DNA of 60,075 nucleotides, filler included. It is 6 parts of 6 records of this genome, joined end to end, with 100 filler letters (N's around TTAATTAATTAA, not from the genome) between each part and the next. Parts side by side here need not be neighbours in the genome. Positions count along the whole stretch, not along the records: positions 24,068 to 43,556 come from SRR31147125_1242; positions 43,657 to 54,686 come from SRR31147125_1256; 4 more parts are not named here. One strand, given 5' to 3'. The position numbers were made by a program, and so were the translations under genes. Positions 40,155 through 49,940 of the stretch are shown in pieces (position 1 is the first letter of the stretch; each line of letters begins with the position of its first letter). The notes beneath the pieces are model-generated. The model made no database searches and had not been told where the DNA came from. It saw only the letters and a program-made list of their open reading frames with translations.

Positions 40155-41837
40155 TTAATTTCCAATACAATACAAATGTTTATCACCCCGGATATATATA
40201 TTTCCATGCATAAAGGCAGGAATCGTATCTGATTTTTCTCCCAACGCATTGGAAGCGACCAGTTCAAATTCCTCTGCCGCTTTAAAAATGTGTGTTATAC
40301 CTTCCCTGTCCGTAAGAAAAACATTTTCTCCTGCAATTACCGGCGAAGAATAAAATCCCTCATCAAATTCCTGGGTCCATAAAACGTCACCGGTTTTACC
40401 GTTAAAGCAGGTAACCGTACCATATGTAGATGCAACAAACAGCAAATCACCCCTTGCTACAGGACTGGCGGCTTCAGGCAAATCATCTTCATACTCCCAT
40501 TTAATTTCGGGTGTACCGGTTATTGGAATACCTGCTAACATGGCATATTCATTAGCAGCGAAGACCATTCCATCTGCATATGCGACGGATGGGCCGACCT
40601 CGCCATCCATGCACTCAACCCGCCACAACTCCTTGCCGGTTGCTGGATCATACGAAAAAACAAACGGACTTGAATTGAGAATGATCTCATCACGGCTGCC
40701 CGTATTAACAAGCACAGGTGACGCCCATGAAATGTCTATATCCTCACGTGGCGTTGCATAAACCTGCTCACCTGTCAGTACATTAAAGGCATATAGATTT
40801 TTATCTTCATTAGTGTCATACTGAACCAGCACTAAATCCCGATAGGTTATTAGAGAAGATGAATGCCCATAATGGTTGTCAGGCATACCAAGATTTTTTG
40901 CCCACAATTGTTTGCCATCAAAATCAAAACCGACGAGGTCACCGCTTGCAAAAATAACAAAAACACGCTGACCATCAACAGCCATAGTAGGCGCTGCGTA
41001 ACCGGTATCATCGGTTACATCCGGTGCTTCATCGGGATGGCCTGGAATACCCTTAACGTCTGTCGTCCATTGCATTTTGCCATCATCCGCATTTATACAA
41101 AAAACCTGTTGAATTTCTTCATCTGCACCTGAAAGAAAGATTTTTTTGTCCCAAATTACAGGCGAACTAAAACCAGGTAATGGAATTTCTGTTTTCCATT
41201 TTATATTCTTACCGGATTCACCATCCCAGGTCGTTGGCACATCTGTGTTATAAGCAATTCCCATTGCGCCGGGTCCTCTAAAAGTGGGCCAGTTTTCACG
41301 CAATTCTTCTGCTGAAGGATAAGACGCTTTTGTTGTAGCCTTTTTGAGGACAATACCGGATTCGGACAAAATACCTAAGAGAAAGGAAAAGACGAATAAT
41401 CCCAATCCTGAGTATATAATCCACCGCCTTGCCAGCACTCGGGACTCCCAGAACGACTCTTTCTCCTCTTCTGAAAAATCTGGCAATTTTGGTTGCAGAG
41501 AACTGATGTATTTTAATGAAATCAGCAACAGCAACACGGATACAAAAAGCAGAAATCCGCCGGTCCTTATTTGCCATTGATGGGTGAAATAGGCTTTACG
41601 AGCCAGTAAATCGAGCGCTCGGATTTGCTCTTTCAGAGCCGCATCATCCGGGTTCTCCTGCAATTGAAGCATTAACTGGTTGAGCGCCTTACTGTTCAAT
41701 GGATCAACAGATTGCGTTTGGATAAAATTTGCAATCAACAAAATGGCAAGAATAGCCGCAAAAATTGCCGAGACAATAGCAGTCCTTTTGGCAATATTGT
41801 AGTATAATTGCGTTTTATTCGTTTTTTCAGAGTTCAT
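40155..41837 (-). CDS. membrane-anchored (about 3 TM) PQQ-like beta-propeller protein
   Basis: Three hydrophobic segments, then NWPTFRGP and acidic propeller blades; stop codon abuts the ATG of the NuoEF fusion. Confidence 0.85.
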   Translation of the reverse strand: MNSEKTNKTQLYYNIAKRTAIVSAIFAAILAILLIANFIQTQSVDPLNSKALNQLMLQLQENPDDAALKEQIRALDLLARKAYFTHQWQIRTGGFLLFVSVLLLLISLKYISSLQPKLPDFSEEEKESFWESRVLARRWIIYSGLGLFVFSFLLGILSESGIVLKKATTKASYPSAEELRENWPTFRGPGAMGIAYNTDVPTTWDGESGKNIKWKTEIPLPGFSSPVIWDKKIFLSGADEEIQQVFCINADDGKMQWTTDVKGIPGHPDEAPDVTDDTGYAAPTMAVDGQRVFVIFASGDLVGFDFDGKQLWAKNLGMPDNHYGHSSSLITYRDLVLVQYDTNEDKNLYAFNVLTGEQVYATPREDIDISWASPVLVNTGSRDEIILNSSPFVFSYDPATGKELWRVECMDGEVGPSVAYADGMVFAANEYAMLAGIPITGTPEIKWEYEDDLPEAASPVARGDLLFVASTYGTVTCFNGKTGDVLWTQEFDEGFYSSPVIAGENVFLTDREGITHIFKAAEEFELVASNALGEKSDTIPAFMHGNIYIRGDKHLYCIGN

Positions 41838-41876
41838 TTGATTTTTGTGCTAGTTAATAATTCGAAACCGGTTTAT

Positions 41877-43175
41877 TTATTCAAGTTGCACTTTTAAAAT
41901 TTGTATATCAATGTCCTCTCTGCCCACAGGACAGTAGGAGAAACATCTACCACAACTCAGACAATTACCATTGTCAGCAGTATATTCGATTGGTTTTCGG
42001 ATGACAGAGAGATTCACCAATTTAATAACAATAATTAATCCAATAAACAGGCCCAAAATCCAGCCACCAATTTTAAATTGATGCTGAATTTTCCTTGCCT
42101 CTTCATAAAGTTGTGCTGTGGGTTTACCGGTTGCTCGAAACGTCTCGGTTTCGTCCGTTGTTTCGGTCCGTTGCCCGGTGTCTTCAAGTTTTATCTCTTC
42201 CGCAAGAGAAACTGTAAAATGTGCTTTTGATAACGGAATATGCAATAACGAACCAATCCAACCGGTTGAAAAAATAATGATCGGAGCCGCAACCAGCAAG
42301 ATAGTCAGGTTCTTGACACTCTTTTGTTTGGGCTGTGGAGAAGCACTTAAAACCGGCTTATTGATCGCCTCAAAGGGACAGGATTGTTCACACAAGCGGC
42401 AATTAATACATTCGCTGGGAGTTATAGAAAGATGCCATTTTGATAAGCGAGAAACCCAGTTAAGCAGAACGCCATAGGGGCACAAAAATCGGCAATACGG
42501 CCGGGCGACGACAGTTCCCAGTAACAGCATGAATGCACCAAATAAAATAAGATTAAAACTTGCTCCAAACCGGAAAAAGCCCACAAAAGGATCGAACTGA
42601 CAAATAATAAATCCTGCACCGGTGGCTGCAAAAAGAACGGCCAGGCCAAGATAAATATAAGGAATAACACTAAGGACCTGGGCTAACCAATGGGAAACGT
42701 TAATCGGTTTCAAAACAACGGCATCCTGGATGGCTCCTAATGGACAAACCGCGGCGCAAAATGTCCTGCCGAAAAAGAGCGTAAAAACCAGTGGTAGCGC
42801 AAAAAAAACAACCACAGATATGGGAATTGCATAACCATCGTTAAATAACGCATAAACCACATTTTGTATTGAACCGATGGAACAGACACAACCATTTCGA
42901 TAGAACCCAAAATAGATCAGCGAGAAAACCATTAATAGAAATATGTGCCGTCTGGAGCGTTTTTTCAAGGCGTAATAGGATGCGAGCGATAGAGCACCAA
43001 TTAACACGAATATGTCCAGGTATTCCAGCGCAAGCGAGCGTGCAACCGGAGTTTTGAGATCCGGTCGTTCATAACCAGATTCAAAATCCGGTTTTGGGAA
43101 ACGTTGAATCACATCGGCTGACGCAAATGATAATGCGAGCAGTAAAAGTATTTTTGTGAGTATAATTTTTTTCAT
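41877..43175 (-). CDS. membrane 4Fe-4S-binding protein (NapH/MauN/NosR-like polyferredoxin)
   Basis: Signal-like N-terminus, multiple TMs, GCVCSIG, FCAAVCP, YCRFLCP, CINCRLCEQSCP, CLSCGRCFSYCP. Confidence 0.85.
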   Translation of the reverse strand: MKKIILTKILLLLALSFASADVIQRFPKPDFESGYERPDLKTPVARSLALEYLDIFVLIGALSLASYYALKKRSRRHIFLLMVFSLIYFGFYRNGCVCSIGSIQNVVYALFNDGYAIPISVVVFFALPLVFTLFFGRTFCAAVCPLGAIQDAVVLKPINVSHWLAQVLSVIPYIYLGLAVLFAATGAGFIICQFDPFVGFFRFGASFNLILFGAFMLLLGTVVARPYCRFLCPYGVLLNWVSRLSKWHLSITPSECINCRLCEQSCPFEAINKPVLSASPQPKQKSVKNLTILLVAAPIIIFSTGWIGSLLHIPLSKAHFTVSLAEEIKLEDTGQRTETTDETETFRATGKPTAQLYEEARKIQHQFKIGGWILGLFIGLIIVIKLVNLSVIRKPIEYTADNGNCLSCGRCFSYCPVGREDIDIQILKVQLE

Positions 43176-43402
43176 CGGACTTTTATTCTTTATTATAGTT
43201 ACCACATGAAAACGAATCTCATAAAATTCTCAACCGAGTATTTCATCTCACAAAAACGCAGTGATGCAAAAGAATAAAAAGTAACAATTAAACGCCTGAA
43301 ATACTTTTTTAATATGAAATTGAATATTTTGACCATCTTTTGCTTTTATATTTGTCCATTGCGGCCTGGCGGCTTTGCGAGAGACAGCCGAACTAATCCA
43401 GG

Positions 43403-43555
43403 CTAAATTTCTTCTGCATAACGTTGTCCTTCTTCTCCCCGCAATATATATGGCTTTTCTGATGGAATTCTTTTAAATGCCTGGGATGGACAAGATCTCG
43501 CAATTGAACATTCATTACAGTTCACACATCGGTCATGACGTACCTGAAGGTAAAG
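43403..43555 (-). CDS. ferredoxin-type protein, C-terminal fragment (not in ORF track)
   Basis: Translated by hand: LYLQVRHDRCVNCNECSIARSCPSQAFKRIPSEKPYILRGEEGQRYAEEI-stop; runs into the contig end. Confidence 0.75.
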   Translation of the reverse strand, partial: LYLQVRHDRCVNCNECSIARSCPSQAFKRIPSEKPYILRGEEGQRYAEEI

Positions 43556-43556
43556 A

Positions 43557-43656
43557 NNNNNNNNNNNNNNNNNNNNNNNNNNNNNNNNNNNNNNNNNNNN
43601 TTAATTAATTAANNNNNNNNNNNNNNNNNNNNNNNNNNNNNNNNNNNNNNNNNNNN
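43557..43656. other. artificial contig spacer
   Basis: 44 N + TTAATTAATTAA + 44 N. Confidence 0.98.
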
Positions 43657-43775
43657 TCCTGCAATTTGTTGGCGCGATCCAGAATATCGACCATCTCTTC
43701 AATAATCTTTGTTTTTTCCGTATTTTGAAGAGGAATCTGTATAACTTCTTTTACAAGCAAGTCCTTGAGTTTCAT
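43657..43775 (-). CDS. PTS IIA (fructose/nitrogen-type) protein, N-terminal fragment
   Basis: Translated by hand: MKLKDLLVKEVIQIPLQNTEKTKIIEEMVDILDRANKLQ; RBS GGAG. Confidence 0.6.
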
Positions 43776-43877
43776 TCTTTCTCCCGTTTTTAGCCGTTTA
43801 AATATAATATAAATTGATAAAATTCCAAACTTTTTTCCTGCACATTACGTGGAATAAAGTCATATAATCAAGCAAAC

Positions 43878-44288
43878 TTAAACTTGTTTTCGAATTTTAG
43901 ATCTGGTGGAATTAACAATCATAACAATTCCGGCAAAGATAAGAATGAGTGGCCACCAGGTATCGAGCCCGGTTATTTGCCCACCGCCAAGACCGACCAG
44001 AATAGCACCCCACACAATACGAGAATTGATTGGCTTGTTTAATTTTGGCAATGTGCTCCTGACGAGGGCTTCGATTAATAACACGAGTCCTGCCAGAAAC
44101 ATAAACCACCAAAACCAGCCGGCTTCAAGATAGCCTTGTTTATCTGCAAATATCAAGGTACCGGCACAAATAAATATAATGCCAGTGATAATATTTGCCA
44201 GAGGATCTTTAATTTTTCCTATTTTACGGACAGGTTTTTCCGAACTTGCCTCTTTGCTTTTATCTTCCTGGCCCATATTTTCCTCCAA
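43878..44288 (-). CDS. small 4-TM membrane protein, LiaF/LiaI-like
   Basis: Four hydrophobic segments, WWPLILIFAG motif, RBS GGAGG region. Confidence 0.6.
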   Translation of the reverse strand: MEENMGQEDKSKEASSEKPVRKIGKIKDPLANIITGIIFICAGTLIFADKQGYLEAGWFWWFMFLAGLVLLIEALVRSTLPKLNKPINSRIVWGAILVGLGGGQITGLDTWWPLILIFAGIVMIVNSTRSKIRKQV

Positions 44289-44578
44289 ATATTAACAATT
44301 TAATAAATAACCTGGTTCGAGCCACTATTACCTGAACCGTTTTTCTGTTGTCCAAAAAGCTGATTTAATAACAACTCATTATCGTGATTTTTCTTGTATT
44401 TTTATGTCAACTCCTTATATTAAAGCGGATATCAGAGGACACAAAGCAATACCTGTCACTACAATCATATCGTTATGATAAATATAATATTTATATCTTT
44501 CAAGATATTTTATCTTTGATATTCAACATTTTTCACATTATTTGATTCAGTATAAATCATTAGCCTTTGGAGATATTC

Positions 44579-45157
44579 GTGAGCCTTTATGAATTAATTT
44601 GCAGCCGTCGAACAATCCGGCGCTTTAAACAGAAAAAAATCAGTAATCGCCACCTGGAAAAGATTGTCAACGCAGGTCGCCTGGCTCCTTCTGCTGCCAA
44701 TTTGCAGCCGCTGGAGTTTATTATTGTAGATGATCCTCAATTCGTTCAATCAGTTTTTGATGTTACAAAGTGGGCTGGTTATCTTCCCTCAAAATCAGGA
44801 AGGCCACCGGCTGGTCAGGAACCTGTCGCATTTATCATCAATCTTATAAACCGTCAAATCCGCCCACATGGAGGTGAACACGATGTTGGTGCTGCCATCG
44901 AGAACATGATCCTCACTGCATTGGAGAACGGAATTGGTTCCTGCTGGATCGGTTCAATCGAACGAGATCCGATTAGAAAAACCCTTAACATTCCAGAGCA
45001 TTATACAATCGATTCAGTATTGGCACTCGGTTATCCGAATGAAGATCCAATTGCCGAACCAATCACGGAATCCATTAAATATTATAAAGATATGGAGGAC
45101 AGATTACACGTCCCGAAACGGACTCTTGAAACGACCATGCATCACAACACCTTTTAA
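44579..45157 (+). CDS. nitroreductase family protein
   Basis: RRTIRRF, APSAANLQP, GIGSCWIGS, LALGYP; GTG start after GGAG. Confidence 0.92.
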   Translation: MSLYELICSRRTIRRFKQKKISNRHLEKIVNAGRLAPSAANLQPLEFIIVDDPQFVQSVFDVTKWAGYLPSKSGRPPAGQEPVAFIINLINRQIRPHGGEHDVGAAIENMILTALENGIGSCWIGSIERDPIRKTLNIPEHYTIDSVLALGYPNEDPIAEPITESIKYYKDMEDRLHVPKRTLETTMHHNTF

Positions 45158-45255
45158 CACCTTTTTTATCGTTGCAACATGAAAAATACAATGTTGTTTT
45201 AACTATTATTTATACTAAACAAAAACGAAATTGAGAATCTAAAAGGAACTTTTAA

Positions 45256-46287
45256 ATGTCAAAAAAGAAAAAACTAAATTTTGCTATTCTGGGAGCAGGG
45301 GCTGTCACTCCTCACCATATTAAAGCATTGAGACAAATTGATGATGCAGAAGTTACGTACGTTTGCCGGCGAGATGAAGCGAAAGTCAAAGAAATTGCCG
45401 ACGAATTCGATCTCAAATGGACAACAGATTATAAGGAATTGCTCGCCAATCCGGATATTGACGTTATTGATATAACTCTTCCTTCCGGCTTGCATGCAGA
45501 ATATGGAATTGCTGCAGCCAAGGCAGGTAAACATGTTATTGTCGAAAAACCCATCGATGTGAACCTCGAAAACACGGATAAGCTAATCAATACCTGTAAA
45601 GAAAAAAATGAGACACTTGGTGTAATTAGTCAATATCGATTTCTTGATTCCTCTCTGAAAATGTATGACTATATTAAAAATGGCAAGCTTGGCACCATCA
45701 TTCAGGGTGACGCGTATGTAAAATGGTTTCGCTCTCAGGAGTATTATGACAGTGGAGCATGGCGCGGAACTTACTCACTTGACGGAGGCGGTTGCTTCAT
45801 TAATCAAGCTATTCACTTTATCGATCTTTTACTTTCAGTCATGGGACCGGTAAAAGAATTAATCGCAAAAACAAGAACCGCTGCACATAATATTGAAGTT
45901 GAAGACATGGGCATGGCCATGCTGGGATTTCAGAATGGCGCTTTTGGAATTATCCAGGCATCCACATCCTTCTACCCGGGATTACCTGCGAAACTAGACA
46001 TCCATGGAACAAAAGGTACTATAAGCCTTGAAGGTGAAAAATTAGCTCTCATTCATGTCGAAGGAGAAGAACCCATAAAAGCAGGAAACATCATAGCAGC
46101 CGGAGCTGCAAATCCCATGTCCATAGATGTTACGCCATTTGTACGCGAATTCCATGACATTATTTCAGCCATAAAAGATCAACGTGAACCCGTTGTTAAT
46201 GGCATGCAGGCAAGACAGGCATTAGAACTCATACTGGCTATCTATGAATCATCCAGGACGGGAAAACCTGTCAGATTCACTTCATAG
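45256..46287 (+). CDS. Gfo/Idh/MocA family oxidoreductase
   Basis: LGAGAV, GKHVIVEKP, WRGT...GGG, NQAIHFID. Confidence 0.92.
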   Translation: MSKKKKLNFAILGAGAVTPHHIKALRQIDDAEVTYVCRRDEAKVKEIADEFDLKWTTDYKELLANPDIDVIDITLPSGLHAEYGIAAAKAGKHVIVEKPIDVNLENTDKLINTCKEKNETLGVISQYRFLDSSLKMYDYIKNGKLGTIIQGDAYVKWFRSQEYYDSGAWRGTYSLDGGGCFINQAIHFIDLLLSVMGPVKELIAKTRTAAHNIEVEDMGMAMLGFQNGAFGIIQASTSFYPGLPAKLDIHGTKGTISLEGEKLALIHVEGEEPIKAGNIIAAGAANPMSIDVTPFVREFHDIISAIKDQREPVVNGMQARQALELILAIYESSRTGKPVRFTS

Positions 46288-46356
46288 ATCAAAATAAAGG
46301 CCTTTTGACAAGAGCTGATGCCACCTTTTTTAAGCATCTATTGGAGGAACATCATA

Positions 46357-47097
46357 ATGGTTAAACTGCATGATTTAACGAATTACTTGAATCAATTATT
46401 AAATATTCAAGATTTCAAGGATTATGGACCCCAGGGTTTACAAGTTGAAGGGAAAACAAACATAAACAAGGTTGTCACCGGTGTATCAGCCAGTGTTCAA
46501 CTTTTTGAAGAGGCTGTGGATATTGGTGCTGATCTCATTCTGGTTCACCACGGTATTTTGTGGGATAAAGAGAGTCATGTTGTAAAGGGTGGTTTCAAGA
46601 GACGACTATTAACGCTTTTAACCAACGACGTATCTCTTTTGGCATACCACCTTCCTCTTGATAAACACCCGGAACTGGGCAACAATGCCATCGCGGCAAA
46701 AAAAATGGGATTAACAAATATCCAGGAATTTGGTGATGTTGGCGTAAAGGGAACCGTGGCCAACATAACTGTTGATAATCTGCTGCAAAAAGTCCAAAAT
46801 GTATATAAATCCGACTCTTTGATTTTTTCATACGGACCGAATTCCATACAAAATATTGGCATCTGTTCTGGCGGAGCAGAGCGTGATATTACCTTGGCAA
46901 TAGATGAAGGTTTGGATGCTTACATAACCGGAGAAGTATCCGAGCCTATTATGCATTTGGCGAAAGAAGGATGTATCCATTTTATTGCTGCCGGCCATTA
47001 TGCCACAGAAAAACCTGGTATTCAGGCGTTGGGAGATCATATCGCGGAAGAATTCAATTTAAAAGTCCAGTTTATTGATGTGCCCAATCCGGTTTAA
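46357..47097 (+). CDS. Nif3-like dinuclear metal-center protein (YbgI/DUF34)
   Basis: GLQVEG, LVHHG, YHLPLD.HP..GNN, ITGE, AGHYATE; RBS GGAGG. Confidence 0.93.
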   Translation: MVKLHDLTNYLNQLLNIQDFKDYGPQGLQVEGKTNINKVVTGVSASVQLFEEAVDIGADLILVHHGILWDKESHVVKGGFKRRLLTLLTNDVSLLAYHLPLDKHPELGNNAIAAKKMGLTNIQEFGDVGVKGTVANITVDNLLQKVQNVYKSDSLIFSYGPNSIQNIGICSGGAERDITLAIDEGLDAYITGEVSEPIMHLAKEGCIHFIAAGHYATEKPGIQALGDHIAEEFNLKVQFIDVPNPV

Positions 47098-47163
47098 AAA
47101 AATGAAACGCACCCGGAGGATTATATTATTTATGGTGCATGACTTTAAGTGAGAAATTAACAC

Positions 47164-47721
47164 ATGATTCGTCATCCAAATTTATTAAATCCGCGTCAGT
47201 CTGCGATGATCATCATCGATATTCAGGAACGACTATTACGGGTAATGAAATCAGGAAAGCTGGTAACTGACAATGTTGCTAAACTTGTTAAAGGTTGTAA
47301 TATTTTACATGTTCCGGTTCATTATACGGAACAATATCCAAAAGGTCTGGGTCGAACGGATCCAAACCTGCAACAACTTTTAGATCCATCCAAACCTGTA
47401 GAAAAGATAAGATTTTCCGCTTGTGGTGAACCACAATTGAGTCAATTCCTGTCAGCTAAAGGTATTAAACAAATTATTCTCGTTGGTATGGAAACTCATG
47501 TATGCATCCTTCAAACAGCATTGGATTTCCTGCAAAATAATTTTCAGGTTTATGTTGTGATAGATGCCGTTTGTTCCAGAAATAACCTGGACAAAGAGGT
47601 TGCGATTGAACGTATGAAAACCAATGGTATAACACTAACAACAACAGAATCGGTTTTGTTTGAATTAACAGAGACTGCTGGTACGGCTGAATTCAAACAA
47701 ATTTCACAGCTTTTAAAATAA
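47164..47721 (+). CDS. isochorismatase-family cysteine hydrolase
   Basis: IDIQERL, TEQYPKGLG, K..FSA, GMETHVCILQT. Confidence 0.92.
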   Translation: MIRHPNLLNPRQSAMIIIDIQERLLRVMKSGKLVTDNVAKLVKGCNILHVPVHYTEQYPKGLGRTDPNLQQLLDPSKPVEKIRFSACGEPQLSQFLSAKGIKQIILVGMETHVCILQTALDFLQNNFQVYVVIDAVCSRNNLDKEVAIERMKTNGITLTTTESVLFELTETAGTAEFKQISQLLK

Positions 47722-47847
47722 CGACGAAATGAGTTTTTTTTTGCTAAAACAAGTAACCTGTTCAATTTTTTCTGAATACAATCATGTCGTTTTTTATCTA
47801 ATTATTGAGCCAATAAAGTAAACAAAAAAATAGTCATGGAGGAATAA

Positions 47848-48807
47848 ATGCACAATGTAATTATCATAGGCTCAGGACCAGCCGGCCTGACAGCCGCGAT
47901 CTATGCTGCTCGGGCAAATTTGAAACCACTCGTCATTTCAGGAATGGAAAGAGGTGGCCAGGTCACGCTTACCGATGATTTGGAAAATTTCCCTGGATTT
48001 CCTGAGGGATTGGGTGGATTTGAAATGTATCAGCTATTTGAAAAACAAGCCGCTAAATTTGGCGCTGAAATGATATATGACGTTGTCACCAAAGTGGAAT
48101 TAGAGGGTGAAACAAAAAAAATTCACACAGCAGATAAAACATATGAAGCAAAGAGTGTTATTATTGCCACAGGATCCACGCCAAAACGTCTTGGTGTACC
48201 CGGCGAAAATGAACTCATTGGCAAAGGTGTTTCCTATTGTGCGACCTGCGATGGATTCTTTTTCACGGATAAACACGTTGTTGTAGTCGGCGGTGGTAAC
48301 AGCGCACTTGATGAGGGATTGTTTCTCACCAGGCATGCCAGTAAAGTCACAATCATCCATAGACGCGACCGCCTGCGTGCTGATGCCATTTTACAGCAAA
48401 GAGCCTTTGCCAACGAGAAAATTGAATTCATCTGGGATACTGTTGTTGATAGCGTCGTTGGCGACAATTCTCTGGATCATTTAAAGCTCAAAAACGTAAA
48501 AACAGGTCAGGTCTCTGACTATAAAGTGGATGGTCTTTTTATTTTTATTGGCCACTATCCAAACATCGACCTTTTTAAAGGACAAGTAGAATTGGATGAA
48601 AACAACTATATAGCCTCAGACCGACGAACTCGTACAAATATTGAAGGCGTCTTTGCGTGCGGTGATGTACAGGATTCGATTTATCGGCAAGCTATCACGG
48701 CAGCCGGATCGGGATGTCAGTCCGGAATGGAAGCTGAAAAATATGTTGCAGAACTGGAAGGTCAAGCCTACCCTGGTAAACTTGAAGAAACCCCGAAAGA
48801 AGCCTGA
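47848..48807 (+). CDS. trxB: thioredoxin-disulfide reductase
   Basis: GSGPAG, CATCDG redox motif, GGGNSA, HRRD, YRQAITAAG. Confidence 0.97.
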   Translation: MHNVIIIGSGPAGLTAAIYAARANLKPLVISGMERGGQVTLTDDLENFPGFPEGLGGFEMYQLFEKQAAKFGAEMIYDVVTKVELEGETKKIHTADKTYEAKSVIIATGSTPKRLGVPGENELIGKGVSYCATCDGFFFTDKHVVVVGGGNSALDEGLFLTRHASKVTIIHRRDRLRADAILQQRAFANEKIEFIWDTVVDSVVGDNSLDHLKLKNVKTGQVSDYKVDGLFIFIGHYPNIDLFKGQVELDENNYIASDRRTRTNIEGVFACGDVQDSIYRQAITAAGSGCQSGMEAEKYVAELEGQAYPGKLEETPKEA

Positions 48808-48843
48808 TAAGCACTATCTTTTATACACCAGGATTTATTGAAA

Positions 48844-48885
48844 ACACATTAAAAGCAAAATCCATAAACTTTGCTTTTAATGTGT
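48844..48885. terminator. perfect 16-bp-arm hairpin after trxB (terminator or stability element)
   Basis: ACACATTAAAAGCAAA-10 nt-TTTGCTTTTAATGTGT; U-tail is weak. Confidence 0.55.
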
Positions 48886-48929
48886 CCAATTTCTCCTCTT
48901 AACCTCATAATATAAAAGCATACTTTTTC

Positions 48930-49835
48930 ATGACGGAATACTATAATAAATTTTCCACTTTTCTCAAGGCACGCTATGGCGAAAAAGTCTGGAAGGTTTC
49001 AGTGGATGCTGGATTTAAATGTCCAAATCGTAACTGTGACTCAAAAAGAGAGGGTTGTATTTTCTGTCGTATTGACAGTTTTTCAAAGCAATCCCCTGAG
49101 ACAAGTATCGAACAACAAATTACAAAGGGCATAAAATCCGGACGAGAACGATATAATATTAACAAATTTATTGTCTATTTTCAGGCATCCACAAACACGT
49201 TTGCACCTATTGATGTATTACAACGGCTTTTTGAACTGGCCATATCTTTCAAAGGCGTCGTTGGCTTGTCCATTTCTACCAGGCCCGATTGCTTGCCTCC
49301 CGCTGTTATCAACCTCATCCAATCACTCGCTCAAAAAGTGGATGTGTGGGTTGAACTGGGATTACAAAGTTCCCATGAAAGCACCCTGAAATTATTAAAC
49401 AGAGGGCATACATATAAAGACTATTTACAAGCAATAGAATTACTTCAAAAGTGTTCCGTACGGATTTGTACCCATCTTATGATTGGCTTACCAGGAGAAA
49501 GCAGGAAAGAAATTCTCGGCACAGCAAAAGAGATATCAAAATCGGGAATTCACGAGGTAAAATTACATCCATTACTGGTTTTAAAAGACACGCCTTTGGC
49601 AAAGATGTATCTTGATGGGGAATGCCCAACTCTGGCATTATCAGAATACGCGTCACTGACTTGTGATTTTTTGGAACGCATACCTTCCCATATGGTCATC
49701 CAACGCCTGACAGCTGAAGCGCCGGATGATATCTTACTTGCACCTCGCTGGACATTAAAAAAGGCAGCGGTGTTTAACGCTATCAATGAAGAATTTAAAA
49801 GAAGAAACTCGAAACAGGGACGTTATTTTTCATAG
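48930..49835 (+). CDS. radical SAM protein, YhcC/TIGR01212 family
   Basis: DAGFKCPNR...GCIFC, YFQASTNT, STRPDC, ELGLQS, VIQRLT. Confidence 0.9.
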   Translation: MTEYYNKFSTFLKARYGEKVWKVSVDAGFKCPNRNCDSKREGCIFCRIDSFSKQSPETSIEQQITKGIKSGRERYNINKFIVYFQASTNTFAPIDVLQRLFELAISFKGVVGLSISTRPDCLPPAVINLIQSLAQKVDVWVELGLQSSHESTLKLLNRGHTYKDYLQAIELLQKCSVRICTHLMIGLPGESRKEILGTAKEISKSGIHEVKLHPLLVLKDTPLAKMYLDGECPTLALSEYASLTCDFLERIPSHMVIQRLTAEAPDDILLAPRWTLKKAAVFNAINEEFKRRNSKQGRYFS

Positions 49836-49940
49836 CCTGAATTGGCATAATCGTAATATAAAACCATTCATGGACTATATAAAAAGCAACTCCCCGGGAA
49901 AAAATACAGCATAAAACTCACGACACATTTACCTGAAACA

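Noticed and set aside
44310-44330. GGTTCGAGCC resembling a tRNA T-loop
   Set aside because: Upstream sequence is AT-rich and forms no acceptor, D or anticodon stems.
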